Of a stretch of 64,000 nucleotides of DNA, positions 30,977-39,021 are shown piece after piece (position 1 is the stretch's first letter; each line of letters opens with the position of its first letter). The position numbers were made by a program, and so were the translations under genes. Under the pieces are notes generated by a model. It was not told the DNA's origin. It ran no database searches and saw only the letters and a program-made list of their open reading frames with translations. The DNA is from Pyrinomonadaceae bacterium (GTDB taxonomy: Bacteria; Acidobacteriota; Blastocatellia; Pyrinomonadales; Pyrinomonadaceae), in contig DASQAF010000040.1 in NCBI GenBank assembly GCA_035635855.1, forward strand, positions 153,312-217,311. The letters are read 5' to 3'.

Positions 30977-32229
30977 GCGACCGACTTCAACAGAGTTTTG
31001 GGCAAGACAGGCCAGTGGTGATCGTGACGATTGCCAACGGGGCCGGACACATACGCGTAGCTGAAGGGCTTGCTTCAGCAATCCGCGCAGTTCGACCCGA
31101 CCTCCCGGTGATGGTTGTTGACGTTGCAGATTACATGACTCGAATAACTCGCTTCACGCACGTGACGACTTATCTTTGGCTCGTCAAACACGCTCCCGCG
31201 GTCTGGGATAAGATCGATCGCTATCAGAAGAAGCAAACCCACACCAGTCCCGAGTGGTATTACCGTCGTGGTTGCAATCGTCTGTTCGAATTAGCAAGGC
31301 GCTTGAACCCGCGGGCTCTCATCGTCGCAGAGGTCGGCTGTTGCGAAATTGGCGCGCTTATCAAACGGGACCTCGAACTGGATATTCCGCTGGTGGCGGT
31401 CAACAATGAATACGACGCCGATCGCGCGTGGGTACAGCCGGAAGTCGACCTCTACTGTTTCTTGACTAAGCAACTCGGCGAAGAGTTGATCTCGCACGGC
31501 GCGCCGCCCGAACGCATCGCAATTTGGGGAGCGTCTTTATCAGAGGGCTTTGAGATCCCGCGCCGGCGCGAGCAGGAGCGGGAAAAGGTTTGCAACTGGC
31601 TCCGACTCGATCCGAATTTGCCTCTACTTCTGATCGCGGGCGGTGGCGAAGGGATGGGACGGATCGAAGAGATGACCAGACATTTGTTACGCCTGAAGCA
31701 ATTGGCCCCGCAAATCGTCGTACTAACGGGACATAATGAGCGGCTTAAGTCACGCTGCGAGCGCCTCGCGCAAAATGGGACGAGCGAAAGACTGCGCGTC
31801 CTCGGCTGGACTGGACCGGACCGGATGCCCGAGCTAATGTGCGCGGCTGATCTGATGGTTTCGAAACTTGGCAGTATGTTCAATGAAGCCATTGCCTCGG
31901 AACTTCCCATCATCGCGCTCGAGCCTCCGCCGGGCGCCGAGCGGGTGCAGTATCGGCTGCTCGAAGAATGGAATGTCGGATGTGCGGTTCGCACGCTGGA
32001 TGAAGTGGTGGAACGCGTCGAGTCTTTGCTGTCTCATCCTAAGTTGATTCTTGAGATGCGTGAGCGGGCGCGCGAACACCGAAAGCCAGATGTTGCCAGG
32101 CGTATTGCGCGCTGGCTTCAGAATGCGCTTGGCGGGCAAGGTCCCGATCTTAACTGTCCGGATCGCGAAAGAAAACTCTATGCACTCGGCGCTGCTTCAG
32201 CCGCTTACCGGGACGCTTTCATCGACTGA
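30973..32229 (+). CDS. GT28 glycosyltransferase, MGDG-synthase/UgtP-like (divergent paralogue 2)
   Basis: The GTG start overlaps the upstream stop (GTGA). VVIVTIANGAGHIRVAEGL..., with a divergent C-terminal MVSKLGSMFNEAIASELPIIALEPPPGAERVQ. Confidence 0.7.
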   Translation: MSDRLQQSFGQDRPVVIVTIANGAGHIRVAEGLASAIRAVRPDLPVMVVDVADYMTRITRFTHVTTYLWLVKHAPAVWDKIDRYQKKQTHTSPEWYYRRGCNRLFELARRLNPRALIVAEVGCCEIGALIKRDLELDIPLVAVNNEYDADRAWVQPEVDLYCFLTKQLGEELISHGAPPERIAIWGASLSEGFEIPRRREQEREKVCNWLRLDPNLPLLLIAGGGEGMGRIEEMTRHLLRLKQLAPQIVVLTGHNERLKSRCERLAQNGTSERLRVLGWTGPDRMPELMCAADLMVSKLGSMFNEAIASELPIIALEPPPGAERVQYRLLEEWNVGCAVRTLDEVVERVESLLSHPKLILEMRERAREHRKPDVARRIARWLQNALGGQGPDLNCPDRERKLYALGAASAAYRDAFID

Positions 32230-32251
32230 CAGAGGGGCAAAAGGAAGATTT

Positions 32252-32485
32252 ATGAATCTCAGAATTCCACACGCCAAAGTTTATTTTCCCGAAGAGGATC
32301 GTGAGGCCATTCTTCGTCAAATAGACGACGCCCTGGCATCCGGCCAACTCACGCTCGGTAAGAAGGTCACGTCCTTCGAACAATGCTTTGCGGAAAACTT
32401 TGTCGAAACCGGAATGATGAAGACCGTCGAGTGGTTCAAGCGGAAGTATCAGAACGGAAAGGCAGCGCTGGCGGCGGCAAGCTAA
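32252..32485 (+). pseudogene. 77-codon chimeric remnant: DegT/DnrJ-type aminotransferase N-terminus fused to an epimerase/dehydratase-like C-terminus
   Basis: MNLRIPHAKVYFPEEDREAILRQIDDALASGQLTLGKKVTSFEQCFAE resembles DegT-family N-termini; ...GMMKTVEWFKRKYQNG resembles the end of NAD-dependent sugar epimerases/dehydratases. Far too short to be either enzyme. An SD-like aaaggaag lies upstream. Confidence 0.5.
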
Positions 32486-32490
32486 CTTTT

Positions 32491-33225
32491 ATGCAAATTG
32501 CTCTCGTATGGCCGTTGGTTGGGATCGCGCTGGCGCTACTCGCGGTAGCCGGCGTTTATTATGCGACCTACGCTGTGCGGTCACAATGGCTTGGGCCCAC
32601 GACTTGGCGTGGCCGCAGAGAGACAGGAGCGGTGGCTCTGACCTTTGATGACGGGCCGTCCGCAGATACCGAGCGCATTCTGGACATCCTGGATGAACAC
32701 AAGCTTCGCGCCACCTTCTTTATGATTGGCCGGCACGTCGAGCGCTTACCACAGACTGCGCGACGTGGTGCCGCTGCCGGCCATGAGATCGGAAATCATT
32801 CTTATTCACATCCGATCCTTCTTTATCGAGGCTTGAATGAAACGCGCCGGCAATTGGAACGCGCGCAGGCCGTTATCACGGGTGCGACGGGTGTGAGGCC
32901 GACGGTCGCGCGGCCGCCCTGCGGCGTGCGCACACCTGGCTACTTCGCTGCGACCAGGGCGCTCGGCCTACGCACCGTGCAATGGGATGTGGCTGGATTC
33001 GATTGGAAGCAGCGAACCGCAAAACAAATTGCGCATGATGTTCTAATCCGTGCGCGGGCCGGCTCGATCATCCTGCTGCACGACGGCGATAGTGAGGGAA
33101 AACGGGACCGCAGTGAAACGGTCCTGGCGCTGCCGATGATTATTGAAGGATTGAGCGCGCGCGGTTTGCGCATTGTGCCGCTCACGCAGTTGCTGGGAGA
33201 AGAGGAAGTGAAACTTGCCGCTTGA
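32491..33225 (+). CDS. Membrane-anchored polysaccharide deacetylase (NodB homology domain)
   Basis: The track ORF is 32383..33225; the likely start is MQIALVWPL (32491), giving an N-terminal TM helix. Motifs: TFDDGP, HEIGNHSYSHP, RPPCG, ILLHDG. Confidence 0.88.
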   Translation: MQIALVWPLVGIALALLAVAGVYYATYAVRSQWLGPTTWRGRRETGAVALTFDDGPSADTERILDILDEHKLRATFFMIGRHVERLPQTARRGAAAGHEIGNHSYSHPILLYRGLNETRRQLERAQAVITGATGVRPTVARPPCGVRTPGYFAATRALGLRTVQWDVAGFDWKQRTAKQIAHDVLIRARAGSIILLHDGDSEGKRDRSETVLALPMIIEGLSARGLRIVPLTQLLGEEEVKLAA

Positions 33226-33238
33226 GGAAAACCAATAA

Positions 33239-33964
33239 ATGACCGAACTTCAAACACCCAAAGCGATTCTCTTTTTGGATTTTGATGGCACGATCACCCG
33301 CCGCGACGCAGTTGATGTGATCCTGGAAACGTATGCGGATCCAAAATGGCTTGCCTTCGAAGCCGAGTGGCGCGCCGGCCGAATTGGATCGCGAGACTGT
33401 CTGCAAGCCCAGATGTCGCTGGTGCGGGCGACACGCAAGCAGCTCGACGCTTTACTTGATCAGATAGAAATCGACGAAGGCCTGGTGACGCTGCTGGAAA
33501 TGTGTGCCGCGCACGATATCCCGGCGCATATCGTCAGTGATGGTTTCGATTATTGCATCCGTCGCGTTCTCTCCGGAGCCGGCAAGAGAGTCGCCGCCCT
33601 GCTGCGAGGCGGGCGCGTTTGCGCGGGCCACCTTGAAGGTCGGGGTCATCGGTGGAGGACTGAGTTTCCCTTCTTCCATCAAACGTGCGGGCATGGCTGC
33701 GCGACATGCAAACCCGCGTTAATGCGGCTTCTCAATAGAACGAACGCTCCGGCTATTTTCGTCGGCGACGGGTTATCCGATCGCTATGCGGTGGAGAGCG
33801 CCGATCTCGTCTTCGCGAAAGATGGGCTCGCCTCACATTGCATCGACCATTCAATCGAACACATTTCATTCCAGAATCTTGGAGAAGTAGCTGCCCGTCT
33901 CGATCGCTGGCTGGCGGGACGAGTGTTCTTAAGGGAAGAAACATCGGCCAGAGTCAGCGCCTGA
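33239..33964 (+). CDS. HAD-IB family phosphatase (MtnX/phosphoserine-phosphatase-like)
   Basis: DFDGTIT motif I, SDGFDYCIR, Cys cluster CGHGCATCKP, and GDGLSDRYA motif IV. Confidence 0.75.
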   Translation: MTELQTPKAILFLDFDGTITRRDAVDVILETYADPKWLAFEAEWRAGRIGSRDCLQAQMSLVRATRKQLDALLDQIEIDEGLVTLLEMCAAHDIPAHIVSDGFDYCIRRVLSGAGKRVAALLRGGRVCAGHLEGRGHRWRTEFPFFHQTCGHGCATCKPALMRLLNRTNAPAIFVGDGLSDRYAVESADLVFAKDGLASHCIDHSIEHISFQNLGEVAARLDRWLAGRVFLREETSARVSA

Positions 33965-33994
33965 GAAGTCTGCAGAATAGAAAGCGTCATAATC

Positions 33995-35413
33995 ATGAGC
34001 ACAGCTATTAGCGAGTTTGAATCAATCACGCCGGCGATGGACGAACAGGAACTACTCGAACTCGAGCGTAAGTATTGCTCGTGGGGAGACACGGTTCACT
34101 ATCTCGATCCACCCAAATTCTTCGAGCGGGCCGAGGGCCACTACCTTTACGATCGTGAAGGCACTCCTTATCTCGACTTGCAGATGTGGTACTCGGCGGC
34201 GAGTTTTGGCTATGGGAATCAGCGCCTGAATGCCGCCTTGAAGGATCAGATAGACAAGTTGCCACAGCTTGCCTGTCAATATCTCCACTCAGAAAAGGTC
34301 GAATTGGCGGCAGCAATCGGGCGACTGAATGAGTCAAAGTTCGGCTTGGAGGGTCGCGTGCATTTCAATGTGGGCGGCGCGCAGGCGATTGAAGATTCGC
34401 TTAAGATCGTACGCAACTCGACCGGCAAGAATTTAGTTTTCGCTTTCATGGGCGGCTATCACGGTCGCACGCTCGGCGCTTCAGCGATCACTTCGAGTTA
34501 CCGCTATCGTCGTCGCTTCGGCCACTTTGCGGACCGCGCTCACTTCGTTCCGTTCCCCTATTGCTTTCGCTGCCCATATGGGAAGAAACGTGAGACATGC
34601 GAGCTTTACTGTGTCGACCAGTTCGCGAAGAATTTCGACACCGAATACAACTCTTTCTGGGATCCGAAAGCGGGCGAATCTGAGTTTGCGGCGTTCTACG
34701 CTGAGCCGATTCAGGCGACAGGCGGTTACGTCATTCCGCCGCGCGAATACTTTCCGGCGCTCAAGAAGATCCTCGATGAACGTAATATCCTGCTCGTTGA
34801 TGACGAGATTCAAATGGGTTTCTATCGGGCCGGAAAGTTTTGGGCCATGGAAAACTTTGACGTCGAACCGGACATCATTGTGTTCGGTAAGGCGCTGACA
34901 AATGGCTTGAATCCGCTCTCCGGCCTCTGGGCGCGCGAAGAGCTGATCTCGCCGGAAGTATTTCCGCCAGGCTCGACCCACTCTACCTTCTCTTCAAATC
35001 CGCTGGGCACGGCCGTAGGTCTGGAAACAGTGCGGATGATGGAAGAAGAAGACTACGAAGAGATTACGCAACGCAAGGGTGCTTACTTTCTGGAGCAGAT
35101 CAAAGAACTCCAGCGACGTTATCCGAGAGTGATTGGCGATGCGGACGGCATGGGCATGGCGCTGCGCATTGAGATTTGCCAGGCGGATGGCTTCGAGCCG
35201 GACCGCGACTTAACCGATAAGATGTTTGCCGAGGGCATGAAAGGCGAGCTCGATGCTCGCGGGCGCAGGACCGGTCTGGTCCTGGATATCGGCGGTTACT
35301 ATAAGAACGTTTTTACGCTGGCCCCCTGCTTTGACATGACGGACGAAGAAATTGACATTGCCGTCGAACTATTTGAGCAACTAATTCACCGCTGCGCCCC
35401 GGAAAGAATTTAA
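33995..35413 (+). CDS. Class-III PLP-dependent aminotransferase
   Basis: GGAQAIEDSLKI, GGYHGRTLGA, DEIQMGFYRAGKFW, and FGKALTNG (PLP lysine context). Confidence 0.85.
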   Translation: MSTAISEFESITPAMDEQELLELERKYCSWGDTVHYLDPPKFFERAEGHYLYDREGTPYLDLQMWYSAASFGYGNQRLNAALKDQIDKLPQLACQYLHSEKVELAAAIGRLNESKFGLEGRVHFNVGGAQAIEDSLKIVRNSTGKNLVFAFMGGYHGRTLGASAITSSYRYRRRFGHFADRAHFVPFPYCFRCPYGKKRETCELYCVDQFAKNFDTEYNSFWDPKAGESEFAAFYAEPIQATGGYVIPPREYFPALKKILDERNILLVDDEIQMGFYRAGKFWAMENFDVEPDIIVFGKALTNGLNPLSGLWAREELISPEVFPPGSTHSTFSSNPLGTAVGLETVRMMEEEDYEEITQRKGAYFLEQIKELQRRYPRVIGDADGMGMALRIEICQADGFEPDRDLTDKMFAEGMKGELDARGRRTGLVLDIGGYYKNVFTLAPCFDMTDEEIDIAVELFEQLIHRCAPERI

Positions 35414-35428
35414 GGAAATTGGATTCAT

Positions 35429-36814
35429 TTGTTCATTGAACCATTGGATCAATGGATCAATGGATCAATTCTTGAGATGCTGACGAACATTATCGAGCAG
35501 ATCGAGCGCATGGTGCTGCACATGGAGCCGCGCCACGCTGTGCGTTTCTTAAATGTGTCTCCGCCGTGGGCAGTCGAGGCGATGCGGCGAGCGCGCTTCC
35601 GGCGGACACTGCGGCTCGCCGCGGAGCGCTCTACATTTTATCGGGAGCAGTTTCGCCAGCGTGGCATTGACGTGCGCCGCATCGAACATCCATCTGAACT
35701 GGGGGACTTCTACACTACCGGCGAAGACCTGAGCACGCATGGCGCTGAAGCTTTTCTAACTGGCCGCGCGAGTACGGCCTATGAAACGACCGGCACGACC
35801 TCACCGATTCCCAAGCGAGTCTTCTTTTCACAACGCGAGCTCAGCGAGATGGGCCGCGCCTCCGCGATTGGTCTTTATCATTTGGGAATTCGCGCCGAAG
35901 ATCGGGTCTTGAGTGCTTACGATTGTTCGTTCTGGGTCTCGCCCGCTGTGTTGCGCATGGCACTGCAATACTTGGACTGCTTCCACGTCGAAGCGGGCAA
36001 GATTGCGCCTCAGGAGTTTTACGAACGGGCTCGGGTATACAAGCCCAATGTAATATTTGGCGAGCCTTCATGGCTCGTGCGTCTGTCGGAGTTGGCGCGC
36101 GAAGCTGGCGCGTGGCCCCTCAAGCTGCTCTTCGGCGGCGGCGAGAATATCACCGAAGAAGCGCGGCAGGTCGTCGAGAGCGCGTGGGGCGCGCCGCTCT
36201 ACCTCAGCTATGGTCAGACCGAATCGTTCGGCACGCTCGGCGCGGAGTGTGAGTGCCAGGACGGCTATCACCGCAACGATCTCTTCTTCTTCTTCGAGAC
36301 TCCCGAGACGGACGACGAGGGATATGGTGAGCTTGTCTATACGACACTCGTGCGGGATGTAATGCCACTAATCCGTTATCGATCAACCGATTTGACGTCT
36401 TTGGTTGACGAGCCATGTTCCTGCGGTTTTTTTGCGAAACGGATCGCGAAGGTACGATCGCGCATTGATGAGATGGTTGTGTGCGGCATGGGTAACGTCG
36501 GCCCCTGGATTTTCGCGGAAGTCCTGCGCAACGTGAACGGCCACGGCGCGGACTGGCAGGCCGTGATCAAACACGACGGTCGGCGAGACGTTGTTGAGTT
36601 GCGCCTTGAGCTCGAACACTTCGATCATCAACCAGCCGTGGAACGGGCTGTACTCGACAACCTGCGCGCGGGTTTTGCGGACTTTTGGAAGAACTATGAA
36701 ATGGAGCTTTATGAGTTTCGGGTTGTCCCGTGCGAGCCCGGGAGCTTACGAAATGGCCGGAAGTTGAGAAGGGTTTTGGACCAGAGACAAATGGATTTGA
36801 CTCGCGCGCCGTGA
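35429..36814 (+). CDS. Adenylate-forming enzyme, phenylacetate-CoA ligase / F390 synthetase (CapK) family
   Basis: STFYREQFRQRGIDVRRI..., YETTGTTSPIPKRVFFSQRE (P-loop-like AMP motif), SYGQTE. TTG start at 35429; in-frame ATGs follow at 35477 and within ~45 nt downstream (MVLHMEP), so the start is uncertain. Confidence 0.75.
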   Translation: MFIEPLDQWINGSILEMLTNIIEQIERMVLHMEPRHAVRFLNVSPPWAVEAMRRARFRRTLRLAAERSTFYREQFRQRGIDVRRIEHPSELGDFYTTGEDLSTHGAEAFLTGRASTAYETTGTTSPIPKRVFFSQRELSEMGRASAIGLYHLGIRAEDRVLSAYDCSFWVSPAVLRMALQYLDCFHVEAGKIAPQEFYERARVYKPNVIFGEPSWLVRLSELAREAGAWPLKLLFGGGENITEEARQVVESAWGAPLYLSYGQTESFGTLGAECECQDGYHRNDLFFFFETPETDDEGYGELVYTTLVRDVMPLIRYRSTDLTSLVDEPCSCGFFAKRIAKVRSRIDEMVVCGMGNVGPWIFAEVLRNVNGHGADWQAVIKHDGRRDVVELRLELEHFDHQPAVERAVLDNLRAGFADFWKNYEMELYEFRVVPCEPGSLRNGRKLRRVLDQRQMDLTRAP

Positions 36815-36822
36815 TTCGGAGT

Positions 36823-36899
36823 TGGTAGCGGGGGGCGGGATCGAACCGCCGACCTTGGGGTTATGAATCCCACGCTCTAACCATCTGAGCTACCCCGCC
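36823..36899 (-). tRNA. tRNA-Met (anticodon CAT), elongator-like; Ile2 (lysidine) not formally excluded
   Basis: The reverse complement folds as a cloverleaf: GGCGGGG-TA-GCTC-AGATGGTTA-GAGC-G-TGGGA-TTCATAA-CCCCA-AGGTC-GGCGG-TTCGATC-CCGCC-CCCCGCT-A-CCA. 77 nt, encoded CCA, paired 1:72 (G-U). Confidence 0.92.
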
Positions 36900-36909
36900 A
36901 CGAAAACCA

Positions 36910-36937
36910 ATTATAGATATAGATTGTCGGAGCGCAA
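36910..36937 (-). promoter_or_regulatory. Candidate sigma70 promoter of the tRNA gene
   Basis: The minus strand has TTGCGC (36937-36932), a 16-nt spacer, then TATAAT (36915-36910). The -10 box ends 10 nt before the tRNA 5' end. Confidence 0.4.
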
Positions 36938-37067
36938 ATCGCAGCCCGCGTTTCGTTGCGGTCCTTATTTGAGACCTTCCGACCGTGCTGTGATGAGTCT
37001 TGCCTAAGGTTATTCACCATCAGAGACGCAGAGCACGCGGAGGATGCACAGAGAGATGAAAACCAGG

Positions 37068-37865
37068 TCAGCTGCTCGGTCGGCCGCTTTCCAGGGCTTT
37101 AAGAAGCTGATCGACTAACTCGATCTCTTCATCGCCGGGCTCGAGCTCCTTATACTTGTGTAGCGCCTGCGTCGCCGCGGCGACATTAGTCAGCCGGTGA
37201 TAGACCAGCGCGAGATTGTAGTAGACCAGCGAGAAGTTAGGTTCGATTTGCGCCGCCGCTTCGTAATGAAGACGCGCCAGCGGAAAGTCTCCGGCGTCAT
37301 AGTAAAGATTCGCCAGGTTGTAGTGGGCTTCGACGTGGCGCGGATCGTGTTTCAAAGACTGGGTAAAGTTATCGAGAGCCCCAATCGAGTTCCCTCCATC
37401 CAGTTCGATGATCCCCAGGTTACAGTAGGCTTCGGCGACATTGTCGCCTTCGGTGATGGCTTCGGCGTAAAACTCCACCGCTTTCATGTCGCCCTGCTCA
37501 TGCAGCAGGAGCGCTTCCTCGAACGGCGTCAGCAGCCGCGCAACCTGTCCCCCCGCAGGTCGAAATAAACTCAACTGTCCCTGAAGTTCGGCCTCGATCT
37601 GCTTGATGGTCAGACCCTGCGCGCGCATTTCTCGCACGCGCCGGAAAAGTGTGAGCGCCTGAAAATCGTAGGTAAAGTCGCCACCCTCGGCGCCGGGCGT
37701 GGCCTGAATAATTCCCACTTCAGTCCAGCGGCGAACGGTGCGTTCACCCAAACCAAAGAGTTGTTTGATTTCGCGGACTGAGTAACTGGATTTGACGCGT
37801 TGATAGTCCGCCTTGGCGGGGACTGGCGATGGAAACGAGAGGACCTTGCGAATCTTTTCGGTCAT
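37068..37865 (-). CDS. MerR-type HTH protein fused to TPR repeats
   Basis: The N-terminal YSVREIKQLFGLGERTVRRWTEVGII is a MerR/HTH_17-like helix-turn-helix. The C-terminal half has TPR-like repeats (AEAYCNLGIIE..., AHYNLANLYYDAGD..., VYYNLALVYHRL). Confidence 0.75.
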   Translation of the reverse strand: MTEKIRKVLSFPSPVPAKADYQRVKSSYSVREIKQLFGLGERTVRRWTEVGIIQATPGAEGGDFTYDFQALTLFRRVREMRAQGLTIKQIEAELQGQLSLFRPAGGQVARLLTPFEEALLLHEQGDMKAVEFYAEAITEGDNVAEAYCNLGIIELDGGNSIGALDNFTQSLKHDPRHVEAHYNLANLYYDAGDFPLARLHYEAAAQIEPNFSLVYYNLALVYHRLTNVAAATQALHKYKELEPGDEEIELVDQLLKALESGRPSS

Positions 37866-38034
37866 GCGCGGGTTATAAGCCTACACGAAAACCCCGCGTC
37901 GTGTGAACTAAATTTTCAAAAAACCTTCGTGGTGGGGCAGTATGAAGCCTGCGCGTCAGCGAGGGCAACCTTGTCATACGCAGAGGCAAGGTGGTTGACA
38001 TGCCCTCCCTCACAGTCGGGCTTTTGACACGTTA

Positions 38035-38157
38035 TCAGCATTTCACATGACCTAGCAGCAAATAGACGATGATGAAAATGATGATGGTTGAAAGACAGCC
38101 ACCGCCCCACTTCCAGGCGGCTGCGCCCGCCAGGCATCCACGTAAAGGTCCTTCCAT
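38035..38157 (-). CDS. Possible 40-aa small membrane protein
   Basis: My own translation: MEGPLRGCLAGAAAWKWGGGCLSTIIIFIIVYLLLGHVKC. One hydrophobic helix, with a G-rich SD-like ggggg 10-16 nt upstream. It competes with the 91-aa track ORF 37916..38191 in another frame. No homology recognised. Confidence 0.25.
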   Translation of the reverse strand: MEGPLRGCLAGAAAWKWGGGCLSTIIIFIIVYLLLGHVKC

Positions 38158-38202
38158 GATCCAACGCCCCCCAGTTTATTAAGAAACTCAATCTGAGCGT
38201 GT

Positions 38203-38258
38203 CTCGGAGTTGCGCAGGCGTGCTTCACCTTTCGCCTAAAGGCGGTACTCCGAACTCG
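38203..38258. repeat. REP/MITE-like palindromic element, copy A (CTAAAG..GGTACTC family)
   Basis: ctcggagttgcgc...cgcctaaaggcggtactccgaactcg. The termini cggagttgcgc / gcggtactccg are inverted (9/11). Related copies lie at 42057-42126 and 52131-52197. Confidence 0.6.
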
Positions 38259-38442
38259 TCAAACTGAAATCATTCACTACAGCGCGCTTACCAAAGTTCG
38301 TTCGCCTGCATTCTTACCGAACAATTTGTTTACGTTCCGTACGCGTAGTCGCAATCCCGATGCCAAGTGTGAACTGTGCTTCGGGCCCCATTTGCCCTTT
38401 AGTCGCCGACGAATTTCTGGGCGCAGTCGCATGACCGGATTT

Positions 38443-38458
38443 CGGAGCGCGATTTGCA
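38443..38458 (+). promoter_or_regulatory. Candidate sigma54 promoter for the small Lys-rich protein gene
   Basis: cGGAGCgcgatTTGCA (GG 38444-45, GC 38456-57, N10 spacing), 46 nt upstream of ATG 38503. The -12 region is part of a tandem 13-nt duplication, atttgcagcactc / atttgcagcattc (38452-38477). Confidence 0.4.
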
Positions 38459-38502
38459 GCACTCATTTGCAGCATTCATGAACAGAGCAGGAGGGTTTGA
38501 TT

Positions 38503-38757
38503 ATGCCAAGGGGAGACAAGGGAAAATACACCGACAAGCAAAAGCGTAAGGCTGAACACATCGAAGAGGGTTACGAGGATCGCGGCGTGTCCAAGAAAGA
38601 AGCGAAGGCGCGCGCGTGGGCCACGGTGAATAAGGAATCCGGAGGCGGAAAGAAGAGCGGTTCCGGTCGCGGCAAAAAAGAGAGCCGTGCATCTTCGCGC
38701 AAAGGCGGAAAGAAGGGTGGTAAGAAGGGCGGCAAGAAAAGCAGTAAGAAACGCTAA
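38503..38757 (+). CDS. Small lysine/glycine-rich basic protein (conserved N-terminal PRGDKGKYTDKQKRKAEHIEEGY module), function unknown
   Basis: ATG 38503 is preceded by gcaggaggg (SD); the track lists TTG 38497. The C-terminus has KKGG repeats. I recall similar proteins annotated as plasmid-stabilization-like, but this is unverified. Confidence 0.7.
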   Translation: MPRGDKGKYTDKQKRKAEHIEEGYEDRGVSKKEAKARAWATVNKESGGGKKSGSGRGKKESRASSRKGGKKGGKKGGKKSSKKR

Positions 38758-38942
38758 CCTGAACGCCCCGGCATATCGAACTGAGGAGAGTATGACGAAA
38801 CAAAAGAGACGCGATGTCCCGCGTAGGTTAGTAATTCGTCTCCGCCAACAAAGTCTAGATCATTGATGAGATCGATGAGCAGCAATGCCACGCTCGCATT
38901 GTCTGGGGCGTTACCCGGGAGATCCGGACTCTTCTTAGTCAT
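38754..38942 (-). pseudogene. Truncated isochorismatase/cysteine-hydrolase family remnant
   Basis: The first ~38 aa (VALLLIDLINDLDFVGGDELL) match isochorismatase-family N-termini. The rest is unrelated, and the ORF ends after 62 aa, overlapping the 3' end of the convergent small basic protein gene. Confidence 0.5.
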
Positions 38943-38967
38943 TGGTCACGCTACGGTAAGCTCAAGT

Positions 38968-39000
38968 AAAAGAGCGGCCAAAACAGTGGCCGCTCTTTTT
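38968..39000 (-). terminator. Rho-independent terminator (bidirectional shape) after the BON lipoprotein gene
   Basis: aaaagagcggcc-aaaacagt-ggccgctctttt: a 12-bp stem flanked by A and T runs, 22 nt downstream of the stop at 39022. Confidence 0.8.
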
Positions 39001-39021
39001 CGCAGGGACCCAACGCTTTGA

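Noticed and set aside
30415-31994. Minus-strand ORFs of 155-211 aa inside the two GT28 genes
   Set aside because: They are antisense to ORFs with GT28 motifs, have an Ala/Arg/Ser-rich composition, and would break a tightly coupled operon.
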